64,000 bases of DNA from Takakia lepidozioides. Its lineage: Eukaryota; Plantae; Bryophyta. Positions 24,160-36,570 of this stretch are shown piece by piece. Location: positions 46,624,001-46,688,000 of the forward strand of contig CM060732.1 in the NCBI GenBank assembly GCA_030704615.1, written 5' to 3'. The position numbers and the translations under genes were made by a program. The notes beneath the pieces are model-generated. The model ran no database searches and was not told where the DNA came from. It was given only the letters and a program-made list of their open reading frames with translations. How positions within the stretch are numbered: position 1 is the first letter of the stretch; every line of letters begins with the position of its first letter.

Positions 24160-26329
24160 TCGAGTCTGTGAGTGCCAGGTTCGAGTTGTTTTGTAGCACT
24201 TGTGTTTTCATGAGAAGCGGTTCAGCCTCTAGTGCAGGGATCCATGCGTGAGCCTATCCAAAGCGAATAGAGTGCAAAGGCGAACATGTTGCAGGTTTGC
24301 AATGAATAGAGAGGCGGGTAGCCTATGTTGAAGAGCGGCGTTGCATAGCTCAATGCTATGGCAACCAAGTTTGGCTTCTGGTGTGAAACGGAGGAGATGC
24401 TGGCCACGAGTGGACGAACTGGTGGTCATCTTCTTCAGCTGCAGGCCGAGTTACGGAGCTGCAGGAATGTGGGCTGCGCATGGGAAGTTAGCATGCTGCA
24501 GGTTGGAGATGATATGATCAGCTCCAGGTATCTGCCTGAAACTAGTTGTTGCAGGTAGATGAGGAGCAGCCGAATGGTGGAGCTGCGAGGGGATGCATCG
24601 CAGCCCGTTGGGAGCTTCAGTTCCCAACTCATGAAGAGGTATAAGTTAAGAGAGGGGGCAGGTCAATCTTGTGTGCAAGTTAGTGCACTTGTGAAACCTG
24701 TGCTGAGTTGAAGTTTCAATCTAAAACTCACAGTGTAATGCTCTTGGAGTGGCAAGAGCGGGGGGCTGGAAGGGCAGCAACAAGGCGTCCTAGAGCCAGG
24801 GAATGTGCAGTAGAACTGCAGGTGCACCAAGTTTGTAAATGTGTGTATTTTCAGATTCGTTTTTGTGAGCTTCATGAAGAAATGGAGCTTGTTGGGCAGC
24901 ATATAGCTTGCTTGTTGAGTTGAGGGTGCCTCTGATGGGTCGTGAGAGCCCAAGAGAGCATGGCAGCAGGTGCAGGAGCAAACCCAGCTCGGGAACGTCG
25001 GGAACGCCTCGGGAACGCCTCGGGAACTCGTTGGGAGTTCCAGGGAACGCAAGGAATAGTGGCCGTGATGGCCGTTGGGGCGGTATCACGAGATACCACG
25101 AGCCCAGATCGTGATGTTGACCGTGACCGGTGGAAGCCGTTGTGCGGACACAACGGTTAGCACGGTGACCAGATCGTGAGGATGGCGGGCCGTGAAGGCT
25201 GTTGGGATTGGTACCACGGGGTATCACTGGCAGCCCGTGGCCAATGAGCGCCTAGGGCGGGCCGTGAGGAATAGTGGCGGCTGGAGCCACGGAAGGCCGC
25301 GAACAGTTAGAGTGCAAAAAATAAAATATATATATATATATCTTTTTTTCACTCGTTTCGTGGGACGTTGATGGGGAGGCTGGGCCCTGACGAACACGGT
25401 TCTGAGCTAGCTGATCCGGCAGAAAAGTCAGAATTGCCTCCTGTTGCGTTTTAACAAAGGGATTACTTCCCTGCAGGTAATCTTTTTGGGTTTCAGCCCA
25501 ATTCTTACTATGGGTTAGACCAGCCTGCATGTAATTCCTTTGGACAGAATGTTGTGGGGCCTATATGTACCTCTATTTGCTCTATTTTTGAACCTTCAGT
25601 GAACGGTGTGGTTTCCTGAGGTGGTTCCATTCGGAGGAATAGCCGGTGGACGTAAGGAGGCACTGGCGGACCCTGTGGAGGCTTGCATAGGGCCTTGGAG
25701 GCCAAGTTTCATGAGCTCGTGGAGGGCGGTTTGAGGAGTGTCTACAGGATGCTCTCACGGTCATGCAAGTGAGAGAAGAGAGAAAAAAGGGTGTTGGGAT
25801 GAGAGCGTGCTTGGGATAGGCATTGCTTTAGCTTCTCTTCCTCGTAGCTTCCCTTTCTCTGTAGGCCGAGACCTTTCTGTAGGTGGAGGCAAGAGTCAGT
25901 CCGGGTTTGGGCTGGGTTGCAGGAGCGACACTATGGAGTTGTTTTTGGTGTGGGGGAGTTGTTGTTTTCATTCTTGTGTTTGGATCCCCTCCACACCTGC
26001 ATGGTTGATTGTGCGCCGTGCTAGTTTGGTGTGGGCACTTGATTTTATAGGTGGTGGACTCGGGCTTGATCGCCGATCCCACCCTAGAGCATGCTGTCGA
26101 TGGTGAGGTTGGGGTGATGACCAGTCAGACCATCTTTGTTTCTCTTGTGGTGAGGTTGGAGGTGATGACCACCAACCATAGGAGTACCTGCGATGGATGC
26201 AGGTGCAGGTGCAGGCTATGTTAGGAACCTAGTATTCCAAACCATAAGCCGCATCAGGTTCTCTACCGGTTACCATGTGGAGAGGGGGTTAGGACAGGTT
26301 CATGACCGGTTGAGTGCCAGTTTGTCAAT

Positions 26330-27906
26330 ATGGAGGTGCCACGAGTTGCTGGGGAAAGTGCCGGTACGAGCACTAGCGATATTAGCGGGTATACGAGACG
26401 AGGTGTGCGGTTTAGGCCACCTTCACCTCTTGTGTCTTCTACGGAAGGTTTTGATTCGGATTGTGAATCAGGAGGACTCACACCGGCGGTGCAAGTTGTT
26501 TCCTTGTCATTGTTGTGGGACACGATGGAGGAGATGTATGGAGCCACCAAGGGGCCACGAAGGTACTCTGGGGCGGTGGGCACCATTGAGTTGGATGATT
26601 TTATCCAAGAGTTTGATAGTTGGTGTGACTTGCAGCAAATGTGCAATCCACAACTGTTTACGCCTTTCATGGCATGGAAGGGGTTGTTTCAGCACCTTGA
26701 GGGGCCGCCCATGGATGATTACCATGAGTTTAGGCGGGGGCACGATGTTGAGATCGAGGAGTGGAGGATGTACTGGTCACCCGACTATGTCTCCATCACT
26801 AGAGGCACTAGAGGCACAAGGGCAGCAGCCACACCGGCAGCTGCACTAGCAGCAGCAGCTACAACAACAGCTTCCACGAGCAGTAGTGAGACTAGTGGTA
26901 CAGCAACTACGACGTCCACCCAAGCTATTGCTGCACCAGCACCAGTGGCGGTGCTTGCCTTAACCCTATTTGTGGAGTTCTTCGAAGAGTTGAAAGGAAC
27001 TACCAAGGGGTGAGGACAGAGAAGTTGAGGAGCTTGCAAGAGTTCCAACGGAAGCCTACTGAGAGCTTGAGGGAGGCTTTTACTCGCATGAGGCGCTTGA
27101 TTAATGTAACCCAAGGGGTTATGGAGGATCAGGCAGTCCAGTTCTGATACGGGATATTGGACAAGGAGTTGAGGAGAAGGGTGCAGGATGCAACTCTCCT
27201 ACAAGCGGCCCAACCCACCTTAGCAAATGTGTTTTGCTGGCAGAGCGGATAGAACTCAACATGGTGGAGGAACGAGTGGTCATGGTGGGATTTGCTAAGG
27301 AGGCACCACGGGTAGTGGTGCTCCTAGCCAGCCACTACCTCAACGTGCTCAAGGCAGCAAGGGGGCTCAGGTAAAGCCCAGGGAGGCAGAGAGGACCTCA
27401 GATGCAGGGGTCTCTCCCTTCATTTGCTGGCCAACAACGGGCGGATGTGGTGTGGTAGACATGCGGAGGACCCCATGTCAAGAAGGATTGGCCAGAGGGA
27501 GACAATGGTTTGGCATACGCACAGCCTACACAGGTGCAGTATGGGCATTGTGGCAGGTACGGGTATGGAGAGGCCCAGTATATGTTTGGCACCCTGAGTT
27601 GCGCCCAGGCCAGTTCCAAGGAACAATGGTGCCGGGGGCGAGGTGAGCAGCCCAGAGAGGATGAGTGGCCAGGCAGATGTGCAGGCTCAACATGGCCATG
27701 ATGCGGAGGTCAGTGTGGTGACCAAGCATGGCAACCGGCTTCAGCAGCTAGAGCCGAGGCTCGCTGCCATGGCCACAGCTCAGGTGGTACCGGCTCCAAG
27801 GCTGGATGGTCCACTCCTGCTCCTGAGGGATGAGACTTAGAAGGCATGGGATTCATCTTCGGGTCAGCACTACCACTAGTGAGGGGTGCCACTACCACTA
27901 CGGGTG
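26330..27906 (+). pseudogene. M1 gag (frameshifted)
   Basis: Near-identical to M2 gag (RRYSGAVGTIELDDFIQEFDSWCDLQQM; LQEFQRKPTESLREAFTRM); degenerate zinc knuckles. Confidence 0.9.
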
Positions 27907-28998
27907 TGTCGCGCGGTTTTACTCACCCATCCCTTCGCTATCCGAGGCGGAAACTCCAAGATAGAAGAGTTGGAAATCTCTAAGTACTCAGCCCGCGCAG
28001 AACAATCAGTCATGACCTACAGCTAGTGTATCATGGGGGTGTTTCCTATTTGTTTCCTTTTCCGCATTCATCTTAGCTACCTTACCATTGATAATTAAGT
28101 ATCAGTTTGCTTCATCAATTTATCGGTTTCCTTAACTCCTCCATTCAATCCACAGCTTCACTCAGATCTCTCTACACAGTGTGATTGTATCGTATAAGTA
28201 TCAGATTATGATTTATCAGGTATCAGGCCGAATCCATTATGTCTCTAATCTGCTCTACAATATCACTCTCGCTTTGCATATGACAAGCATCTACTAATCC
28301 TCTTTTCTCCTTCATCGTGCTCTCCGATCTCCGCTCCCGCCTGTCTCCGAAGTCCTCCCCGAATAATGATCCCTCCTATTCCCCGTTCTTCCCTTTATCC
28401 TCCTATCCGCGGTTCTAACCGTTTCCCTCTCTAACCGTCGTATGTGAACTAACATGTTCCCTTCACTGGTGTTGTTCCCCACAGTCGTTCCCTGTCCTAC
28501 TCTTCGTTCCCTATTATCGTGACAGCTGTGTCAAGCGGTGACTGGCTGTGTTTGGCTGTGTCGGGCTGTGACTGGCTGTGTGGCTGTGTCTGCTGTGTGA
28601 CGGGCTGTGTGGGCTGTGTGGGCTGTGACGACTGTGACGGCTGTGTGGGCTGTGTGGGCTGTGACGACTGTGACGGCTGTGTGGGCTGTGACGACTGTGA
28701 CGGGCTTGTGCTGTGTGGGCTGTGACGGCTGTGTGGGCTGTGTGGGCTGTGACGACTGTGACGGGCTGTGTTGGCTGTGGGCTGTGACGGCTGTGTGGGC
28801 TGTGTGGCTGTGACGACTGTGACGGGCTGTGTTGGCTGTGTGGGCTGTGACTGCTGTGTCGGCTGTGTGGGCTATGTAACCCCTTCTACAGTGCGCTGCT
28901 GTCACCCCTAAGGTTCCTGTTTGTCTCAGTCTGTGCAAAATTTAAGGGTACCCTACAGATCCCGTATAAGTGTCTAAGTCCCCTACAGTCCTCTAACA
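27907..28998 (-). repeat. G2 3' LTR (1092 bp) with GGCTGTG/GCTGTGAC minisatellite at about 28520-28875
   Basis: Matches 40321-41373 apart from a few substitutions or indels and the minisatellite copy number. Confidence 0.97.
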
Positions 28999-29014
28999 TT
29001 ACCCCTTCCCCCTC
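28999..29014 (-). promoter_or_regulatory. G2 polypurine tract
   Basis: Minus-strand GAGGGGGAAGGGGTAA immediately before the 3' LTR. Confidence 0.9.
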
Positions 29015-29035
29015 AAAAAGCCGTGTCCTCACGGT

Positions 29036-32000
29036 TTACTGTTTCCGAGTAGCAACCTTTGTGAGTGAGCACCTTGTTGACGTTGAGAGTTTCGTGGTGG
29101 GCTGTGTGTACGAGCCCGAGGTCTGTCTCTGGTTGATGAGATGGTTGATCACTACCTGGATAAGTGAGGCCTTCTGGAGGCTGATATCGAGGTAATCTTT
29201 CCGGCATAGGAGATCCCCTTTGTTTCTTCTCTTCCATCTGAATTGCATAGTCTTCTCCATGTCAAAAGAATTTTGTGAAGAAACAGTTGTATCAGAATCC
29301 TCATCGCCTCTCAGGTGTTTTAATTTTCGAACTTTTTGTGGAATCATCTGGGGCATACAATGCTGTCCTACCATGTCTGGAAGTTTGCATTTTACAACTT
29401 GGTGTAACCGTTGAACAGCAAAATTGGTGTAGACACTGAGCTCCTTGTCTGTCCAGATGAGTGGGGTACCAATTACTGGTGCCGCGTGCAAGTATTTCCA
29501 TGCGATATGTCCCTTATAGAAAATGTCATCAAGTCCGAATTTCTGTGTTGACAAATTGTTGCAGGCTGCTTGAAACCATGAACGAATTTGAGAATCCTTC
29601 TGTATCATAACTTTTGGGTCATATAGGTACATATGAGGTGGCACCGAAGGTAATACCCAATGATCTCCACTGGAGTAACTTTGAAAGCGTGCTTGCATCT
29701 TTTGTTGCTCTATGTGGTAACGTATCAGAAAACAACAGCGTAGTATAGCCCGCACCCCATGACAATACTTGCTATCTCCTTGGTCTTGGTATAAATGAGT
29801 CCATGTACAACCTGGAAAGCAACCAATTCCCTCAACATGGTACCTGCTCGTGCCAGTATTGTGCAAAGTGATGATCTTCAATATGTCGATTGTTTGGAAG
29901 AACTTTAGTCCTGGTTGCCACTGGCAGCCAATACGCATGATTTGGTAGTAATGTGCGAATGACTGCGGAGGACTAAATTCTTTCCAAGCCAAATCCAACA
30001 TGATGGGAATTTGGTTGAAGGGCATAATCATAGCCCTACTGTACTCCCTGGCAGCTGGAGTTTTAGGTGGGTTAAAAGCTGCATTGCCCCATACCTCCGG
30101 CTGTGGTGGCTGTGGTGTGGTTGTAGTAACCACAGGTTCAGCTACTGGTACACTGACCTGTTGTGGTGGTGGTGGTACTGGTTCCTGTACCATTGGCATC
30201 TCCTGCACCTCCTGTGAAGACTGAAAAGCCAGAGTTCTGGCTTGCAAATAAGAAGCCATTAGCTGTTCCTGAGGGATATAGACTCTTTGGTCGATGTTTG
30301 AAGTGAGGTCTTCCACTTGAGTCTGGAGTCCGTCTACATCCTCTTGTAACTCTGCTATCCTACTATAGACATTGTCTATAGTAGTTGTGGCAATGTTCTG
30401 CACCTGCAGTCTGAGCTCATTCATCTCGCTTTGGGTGAGCTTCCGTGGGCTTTTGCCCTCTACTGGCCCTTGTGCTAACCAGACCTGCATAAGGCTGTTA
30501 TCCACCAAGCTGCTTGTGGTTCCCCTGAGAGTTTGCTCCTCTCTTAGCTTATACAATTCCAACTGCTGTTGTAAAGCCTTCATGCGCTTCGCCTGTGGCT
30601 CAACCAATTGCGCATAGGCAGCAAGTAGATTATTGGCTTCTTTCGAAGCCTTGTTACTGACCGCGATTTCATTTCTATTGGCCACGATGGTTTGTTGCAA
30701 CTCCACGATGTATTTCTCATTCTCAGCTTCCATCTGCCTGTATTGCTTGAAAGTATCTTCATTGCGACAGATTGTATTCTTCATATCGACAATGAGCTTC
30801 ATGTGCTCCACATTCTCTTCTTCTGCCTTCGTACATTTTTCCGCTTGACTGTTTATTTCTTTTGTTGATTGGTCAAGCATAGTTGTAAATGTAGCGCATT
30901 GTATCTCCATCCTGTTATGCACTGTCTGCAACTCCGTATGTAGTGCATTCAGTTCTTGCAACTTGCTTTCATGCTGCACCTGCATTTGGTATAGCTGTTG
31001 CTTATGTGCTTCGTGCAACTGGTCTTGCGCGAGGCCTGCCTCAATCAATTGTTGCTTGGCCAATTGCAAAGCCATTTCTGTATTGGCCAAGTCCTGCTTC
31101 ATCTTGAGAGTGACCTCTTCATCGACCTTGTTTGAACACTCAGTGGCAAGTCGAGCCTCAAACTCCTTCCTGAGTTCTTCTTTCAAGGCTGTCAATTGGG
31201 TAATTGGAACATGGGTTTTGACATAAGTCCCCAACAAATTAAGTGTCCTGCCTATGGAATTCATCAGCATTGCCTGTTGAGGGTCATCATGGTGAGGTTG
31301 CTGCTGTTCCTCCCGATCTTCAACAGTATGATGTCTCACTAACCATTCAGACCATTGTCCCACCGGATTTTCTTCCTGAACTACTTCATTTATGACCGGT
31401 GCTACAGTGTCATGGCCTTCCGCCTGTGGTACCTCCGACACAGGTGTGTGCATTATATGTACCTCAGGATTTTTCTTGGGCAACTGTTGCACCTCTGGGA
31501 TTTCTGTCTGCTTGACCAGACCAGAATATTCATAGAGAAGGTCCCCTTTCTCTATTTCCGCCACTATCTGTTCTGTAGTTGGAATATCTATCCCTTCACT
31601 TTCCAAATCAATTATTTCGGGTTGAGCTGCATGGATAACTTGTGACCTTGTGACAAGTCGTTCAAGTGGCTGTGTTGGTTGTGATGCAGAAGTAACTTCT
31701 TCCTCCCTCTCTGAAGGTCCTGCTTCCAGTAATAACATTCTTTTGTGCTGCTGTGCCCCTCCCTGGTCATGAGCTTGGGAAACATTATCATGCGGAATCC
31801 GTGAAGCCAGTGGATCCGCCACTACAGTCTTTCCCCTTCTCTGCCTCTTAGTCTCGGGTTGTGCTGCTAGTCCACCCTCACTGTGTGAAGAGCCTTGCTC
31901 TTCCATTGCAGTTGTTTCTGGCTCAAACACTCCCATTTCCTTCCTTTCTTGTGCATTAAGTATGCCAGAACTAAGGATTATTTGAGCAATGATTGGGCCA

Positions 32001-33334
32001 GACACTATGATAGGAGATTTTGCGGTAGTACCTTGTAATCTTTTCATCTCCTCTACCAGTGCGTTGTACATTATGTCCGCCCATGGTACCTCTTGTCCCT
32101 TCAAGCCTTTGAGGATTTCCTCTGTGAAGGATCTGCTCAAATATTGTTGGTTCTGTTTCAGGGCAATCAGAACGTTCAATACTTGGCCTATGTCTTTTAA
32201 CCCTGGGTACACAGCTTTGGTACAAGCATAACCCTGAGTTTTAAAGAAACTCCCTTCTTGGAATAAATCCCCTATTTGCAGTCTTTCTCTGTGTTCCTCC
32301 ACATACACATGACCTTCTGGCAATCGAAACAATTGCTGGAGGTATAGGGGAGTAATCATTAATTCAACTCCCTTCACCGTTGTTGTTCCTGTCTTTGGCT
32401 CAAAGTTCTGCAAAAATTGTAACATGTACTGTCTATGGTGTAGTGTCCAATCCATGCTTTGCAATCCTTCCAATCTCAGCTCCTTCAGTATCTTTATCGC
32501 CTGTGGGGTAGCCATCGTTTGTTTCTGCAGAATTGTGGTGCTCTTCACCCTGATTTCCTCCATTCCTCTCACTCTCTTCATCTTAGACTCACAGAACTGC
32601 TTTGGCTGTAACAACTGCAGGAATGCCTGTAGTGCACAAAGCAGAAACGTATGGTTGCCGCAGAAAGCTATGGGTAATCTCTTGTAAGCCTGCGGGGCTT
32701 GCAAGCATTGTTCAAGAGAAAAGCTCTGCTCTTTCGTTTCGTGTCTCTGCCATTGCGTAAGTAATATTGCGAGCGTATAGTCTGTTAGTTCCTCCATAGT
32801 TTCCAAGTTATAGCATTTATGGCCTGTCCTGTCGAGACGCCCGTTACTCAGAACGACGCCGCCTCTTGCGCTTAATTTCCCTCCATTTTCTTGATCATTT
32901 CTCTGGTTTTCTATTGGCTGTATCCGCTGTGACTGGATTTTAACTTTTATCTTCTTTAGTGGACTTTCCCTGTTGGATAGTCCACTAGGATCACACATGC
33001 GACATGAATTCAGTTTTTCTGTACTTGCCGTTCGTTCTGTTTCCCTTTTTCCGTATTCATTAATGGGCCCGCCTTTCATCCCTTTTGACGGCCGTTCTTG
33101 TCCTCTTTCTTTTTGACACCTGTCCTTGCACTTCATTCTCTGCTGTGTGTCGCACCCTGACCTCCACGTGTCTATTTTTAAATTAATTTCCGTTTCTTCT
33201 TCCTTCAGCCATTTTCCTGAAGTTTTTATGTGTCCACTTGTCACTGATTCTATGGATCGTGTAACTTTAGTAGGCTGTGTTGAGCTGTGACAGGCTGTGT
33301 CATACTGTGTTACGCTGTGATAGGCTGTGTGCAC
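29036..33334 (-). CDS. G2 extra 3' ORF (up to 1432 aa; real start probably about 32800-32510), coiled-coil protein of unknown function
   Basis: 4.3 kb without a stop between IN and PPT. QFLQNF...VKGVELMITPLYLQQLFRLP resembles plant retrotransposon accessory domains. Long E/Q/K/L heptad region; aromatic/Cys/His-rich C-terminal domain. Confidence 0.8.
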   Translation of the reverse strand: MHTAYHSVTQYDTACHSSTQPTKVTRSIESVTSGHIKTSGKWLKEEETEINLKIDTWRSGCDTQQRMKCKDRCQKERGQERPSKGMKGGPINEYGKRETERTASTEKLNSCRMCDPSGLSNRESPLKKIKVKIQSQRIQPIENQRNDQENGGKLSARGGVVLSNGRLDRTGHKCYNLETMEELTDYTLAILLTQWQRHETKEQSFSLEQCLQAPQAYKRLPIAFCGNHTFLLCALQAFLQLLQPKQFCESKMKRVRGMEEIRVKSTTILQKQTMATPQAIKILKELRLEGLQSMDWTLHHRQYMLQFLQNFEPKTGTTTVKGVELMITPLYLQQLFRLPEGHVYVEEHRERLQIGDLFQEGSFFKTQGYACTKAVYPGLKDIGQVLNVLIALKQNQQYLSRSFTEEILKGLKGQEVPWADIMYNALVEEMKRLQGTTAKSPIIVSGPIIAQIILSSGILNAQERKEMGVFEPETTAMEEQGSSHSEGGLAAQPETKRQRRGKTVVADPLASRIPHDNVSQAHDQGGAQQHKRMLLLEAGPSEREEEVTSASQPTQPLERLVTRSQVIHAAQPEIIDLESEGIDIPTTEQIVAEIEKGDLLYEYSGLVKQTEIPEVQQLPKKNPEVHIMHTPVSEVPQAEGHDTVAPVINEVVQEENPVGQWSEWLVRHHTVEDREEQQQPHHDDPQQAMLMNSIGRTLNLLGTYVKTHVPITQLTALKEELRKEFEARLATECSNKVDEEVTLKMKQDLANTEMALQLAKQQLIEAGLAQDQLHEAHKQQLYQMQVQHESKLQELNALHTELQTVHNRMEIQCATFTTMLDQSTKEINSQAEKCTKAEEENVEHMKLIVDMKNTICRNEDTFKQYRQMEAENEKYIVELQQTIVANRNEIAVSNKASKEANNLLAAYAQLVEPQAKRMKALQQQLELYKLREEQTLRGTTSSLVDNSLMQVWLAQGPVEGKSPRKLTQSEMNELRLQVQNIATTTIDNVYSRIAELQEDVDGLQTQVEDLTSNIDQRVYIPQEQLMASYLQARTLAFQSSQEVQEMPMVQEPVPPPPQQVSVPVAEPVVTTTTPQPPQPEVWGNAAFNPPKTPAAREYSRAMIMPFNQIPIMLDLAWKEFSPPQSFAHYYQIMRIGCQWQPGLKFFQTIDILKIITLHNTGTSRYHVEGIGCFPGCTWTHLYQDQGDSKYCHGVRAILRCCFLIRYHIEQQKMQARFQSYSSGDHWVLPSVPPHMYLYDPKVMIQKDSQIRSWFQAACNNLSTQKFGLDDIFYKGHIAWKYLHAAPVIGTPLIWTDKELSVYTNFAVQRLHQVVKCKLPDMVGQHCMPQMIPQKVRKLKHLRGDEDSDTTVSSQNSFDMEKTMQFRWKRRNKGDLLCRKDYLDISLQKASLIQVVINHLINQRQTSGSYTQPTTKLSTSTRCSLTKVATRKQ

Positions 33335-33575
33335 TGTGGTAAGCTGTGATAGGCTGTGACACGCTGCGGTAGGTTGTGATAGGCTGTGTCACGTCGTGAC
33401 GGGCTGTGATAGGCTGTGTTGCGCCTTGCTGGGCTGTGATAGGCTGTGTCACGCCGTGCTGGGCTGTGATAGGCTGTGTTGCGCCTTGCTGGGCTGTGAT
33501 AGGCTGTGTCACGCCGTGATGGGCTGTGATAGGCTGTGTCACGCCGTGATGGGCTGTGATAGGCTGTGTCACGTT
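33270..33575. repeat. 30-bp-unit minisatellite between IN and the extra ORF
   Basis: About 10 units of gggctgtgataggctgtgtcacgccgtgat and variants. Confidence 0.9.
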
Positions 33576-33599
33576 TGTTTTGCCCACCCCGGTCATATA

Positions 33600-34958
33600 T
33601 ACTGGGCCTAGCGACAAGTGTTCCATACTCCGTTCGTAACACTGGTGCAGCCCGTGACTGCTCTTGCGGTTCAACATGCAAATCATGCTGCAGGGGTTTG
33701 TCATGGATACCACTGTACCCCTTCAACTTATTTGCATTGACTCTTCCCAGCATTTCTTTGTTAATGGTTTGTAACATGGCTGTGTTGTTATCATACATCT
33801 TTTGTATGACATAAGGTCCTTTCCATGGTGATTTAAGCTTAGAAGCTTGAATCTTTCCTTTCTTCTGCAACCATAGAACCAAATCCCCCGTCTTAAAAGT
33901 CTTTAATTGCCTTCATCAAACTGTTCCTTTCGCTTCATCTGAATTCTGGTCATATTATCAGCTGCATCAGCACGTACTTCTTCCACATGGTATAATTCAT
34001 GTTTCCTGACCTTGATGGAGTCTTGCAATTCCATTCTTTTTCCCCACTCCGTTCTCATGGTAGGTAACAGGAATTCCACTGGAAGTAAGGCTTCCATACC
34101 ATAAACTAATTGGAATGGTGTATACTTTGTGGTGACTTTATACGAAGTCCTGTATGACCATAAAGCTGTCAGCAGCTTTGTATCCCAATCCGTTCTGTTT
34201 GCATTGACTATCTTAGCCAAGATAGTACATAGTATTTTGTTGGTAGCCTCTGCCTGTCCATTACCCTGTGGGTAATATGTTGTACTCTTTCTATGCACAA
34301 TCATAAACTCTTTAGTCAATAACTCAATGGTCTCATTCATGAAGTGACTTCCTTGATCACTGATAAATTCTAAGGGACATCCAAATCGTGTAAGTATGTT
34401 CTCGTACAGGAACCTTGCTGTGGACTTGGCTGTGTTGTCCCTCAAAGCTTTAGCTTCCACCCACTTTGTAGTATAATCAGTGGCTGTAATTATGTACCTG
34501 TTTTGTGTATTCTTGGATGGTGGATTAATTGGTCCAACAAAGTCTAGTCCCCATTTCTGAAATGGTTCCGTAGGCATTGTAGGATGCAAGGCCATTCTTC
34601 CAGATCTCTGCAAAGGTCCTAGCCTCTGACATTCATCACACTTCTGACAATACTCATGTACATCTTTGAACAAAGTAGGCCACCAGTATCCTGCGAGTAG
34701 TATCTTTCTACTGGTAGTCTCTTCTCCAAAATGACCTCCAGCCACTCCTTTATGAACTTCCTCCAAGACTTTATTTACTTCATGGTGGTACAAGCATCGT
34801 TTTAGTACTCCATCAGGTCCTAACTTATACATTCTGCTTCCTACCATAGTATAAGGTAAAGCTCTGATAGCAATTCTCTTCCTCTGCTCCTTACCATAAC
34901 TAGGTGGGCACTGACCATGACAAGGTAGTATCTGATTGGCCACTGCCAATCTAACCAT
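33600..34958 (-). CDS. G2 integrase (HHCC, DDE, GPY), frameshifts at both ends
   Basis: HKGVAGGHF...CQKCDECQR; WGLDFVGP; FISDQGSHF; GNGQAEATNK; KSPWKGPY. Confidence 0.95.
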
Positions 34959-36547
34959 TCATCTGCACTTCCTTGCACCTCCATTACAAATAAACTCGCA
35001 TCAGGTAACTGATCGTCCACTCCTGTGGCGGCCTCTCCTGTTGTTAGTCGTGACAAATGATCTGCCACAAGATGCAAACGGCCAGGCTTGTAAATAACCT
35101 CGAACTCAAACTCATGCAAGATTATTAACCACCTCGCTATCCTTCCACTTATCAAAGGTTTGTTCACCAGATATATCAGAGCCTGGTGATCCACATAAAA
35201 CATAAACTTTCTTCCCAATAGGTAATGCCTGAATTTCTTCACTGCATAGATCATTGCCAATGCTTCTCTTTCCGTTGTGCTATAGTTCCTCTCAGCACTG
35301 TTCATCAACCGGCTAGCATAGTACACAGGTGAATCTATATTCCCTGTAACATTCTGGGCTAACACCGCTCCCAACGCTTCTCCTGATGCATCGCAGTGAA
35401 CATGAAATACTACATGCCAGTGAGGGTTAATCAGCACAGGTGTAGTTGTTACTGACAGTGTAAGTTCCTCAAACGCCTGTTGACATTCAGCTGTCCATGC
35501 AAACACTGCATCTTTCTTCAGAAGCTTGCTCAATGGTGCTGCTATTTGTGCATACCTTTTGACAAATCTTCTGTAATAACTGGTTTGCCCAAGGAATCTC
35601 CTTAAACTCTTAACATTCACTGGTGGTGGAGAGACTTTAATGGACTCTGTCTTCCTGGGATCCACAAGGAGTCCCTTCTTACACACAATGTGTCCCAGAA
35701 GCACCCCTGAGTTCACACAGAAAGTACACTTCTCTGGGTTCAAGCCCAGACCTCTCATCCTGCATCTGGCCAGGCATAACTCCAATTTATGCAAGTGCTC
35801 ATTCTTAGAGCTGTACACACTGAAATCATCCAAAAACACCTGCATGAAATCATCCAGATACTCTTGAAAAGATTCACTTATCACTCTCTGAAAGGTCGCT
35901 GGTGCATTACAAAGTCCAAAGGGCATGACTTTGTATGCATAAGCCCCCCAGTCTGTGATGAAAGCTGTTTTCCCTTGGTCTTCTTCTGCCACTTGCACTT
36001 GATTATAACCACTGAAGCCATCCATGAATGAGTACATCTCATGGCCTGCCACAGTGTCTAATACTGCTTCTGTGAATGGCAAAGGGAAAGGATCTTTCTT
36101 CGTACAAGCATTCAGCTTCTTATAGTTCACACATACTCTTAGTTTGCCATTCTTCTTGGGAACTATAACAATGGGTGACAACCAAGTTGTATACTCTATT
36201 GGGTATATAAACTTAGCCTCAGCCAACTTCTTTATCTCTTCTCCAACCTTCTGTGCGTAGTTGGGATTCATTCTATACCTCGCCTGCTTGATTGGTACTG
36301 ACCCTGGTTCCAGTTCAATTTTATGCTGACAGACTTCAGGTGGTATCCCTTTTAGATCCTCATAGCTCCAAGCAAATACATCTCTGTATTTGATGAACAA
36401 GCTTTTAGCTTCTTCGAAGAATTCCGGCTCCAAATCAGCTCCTACTTTCACCATTCTCGGTTCCTCCTGAGTTCCCACATTTACTTCTCTCACCTGCTCA
36501 TCAGCTGTGATTGTCCAACCAGTCACCACTTCATCCTTTAAGCTCAC
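34841..36547 (-). CDS. G2 reverse transcriptase and RNase H
   Basis: MDGFSGYNQ, MPFGLCNAPATFQR, FLDDF, HCDASGEALGAVL, NYSTTEREALA, VDHQAL, VADHLSR. Confidence 0.97.
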   Translation of the reverse strand: MSLKDEVVTGWTITADEQVREVNVGTQEEPRMVKVGADLEPEFFEEAKSLFIKYRDVFAWSYEDLKGIPPEVCQHKIELEPGSVPIKQARYRMNPNYAQKVGEEIKKLAEAKFIYPIEYTTWLSPIVIVPKKNGKLRVCVNYKKLNACTKKDPFPLPFTEAVLDTVAGHEMYSFMDGFSGYNQVQVAEEDQGKTAFITDWGAYAYKVMPFGLCNAPATFQRVISESFQEYLDDFMQVFLDDFSVYSSKNEHLHKLELCLARCRMRGLGLNPEKCTFCVNSGVLLGHIVCKKGLLVDPRKTESIKVSPPPVNVKSLRRFLGQTSYYRRFVKRYAQIAAPLSKLLKKDAVFAWTAECQQAFEELTLSVTTTPVLINPHWHVVFHVHCDASGEALGAVLAQNVTGNIDSPVYYASRLMNSAERNYSTTEREALAMIYAVKKFRHYLLGRKFMFYVDHQALIYLVNKPLISGRIARWLIILHEFEFEVIYKPGRLHLVADHLSRLTTGEAATGVDDQLPDASLFVMEVQGSADEWLDWQWPIRYYLVMVSAHLVMVRSRGRELLSELYLILW

Positions 36548-36570
36548 AGTGGCTGGTTCTTCTAGGATTT

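Noticed and set aside
28519-28938. Cys/Val- or His/Thr-rich ORFs here and at 33300-33713, 40930-41396 and 61850-63090
   Set aside because: Translations of minisatellites that lack stop codons.
29036-33334. env gene call
   Set aside because: No evident signal peptide, transmembrane helix or fusion motif.
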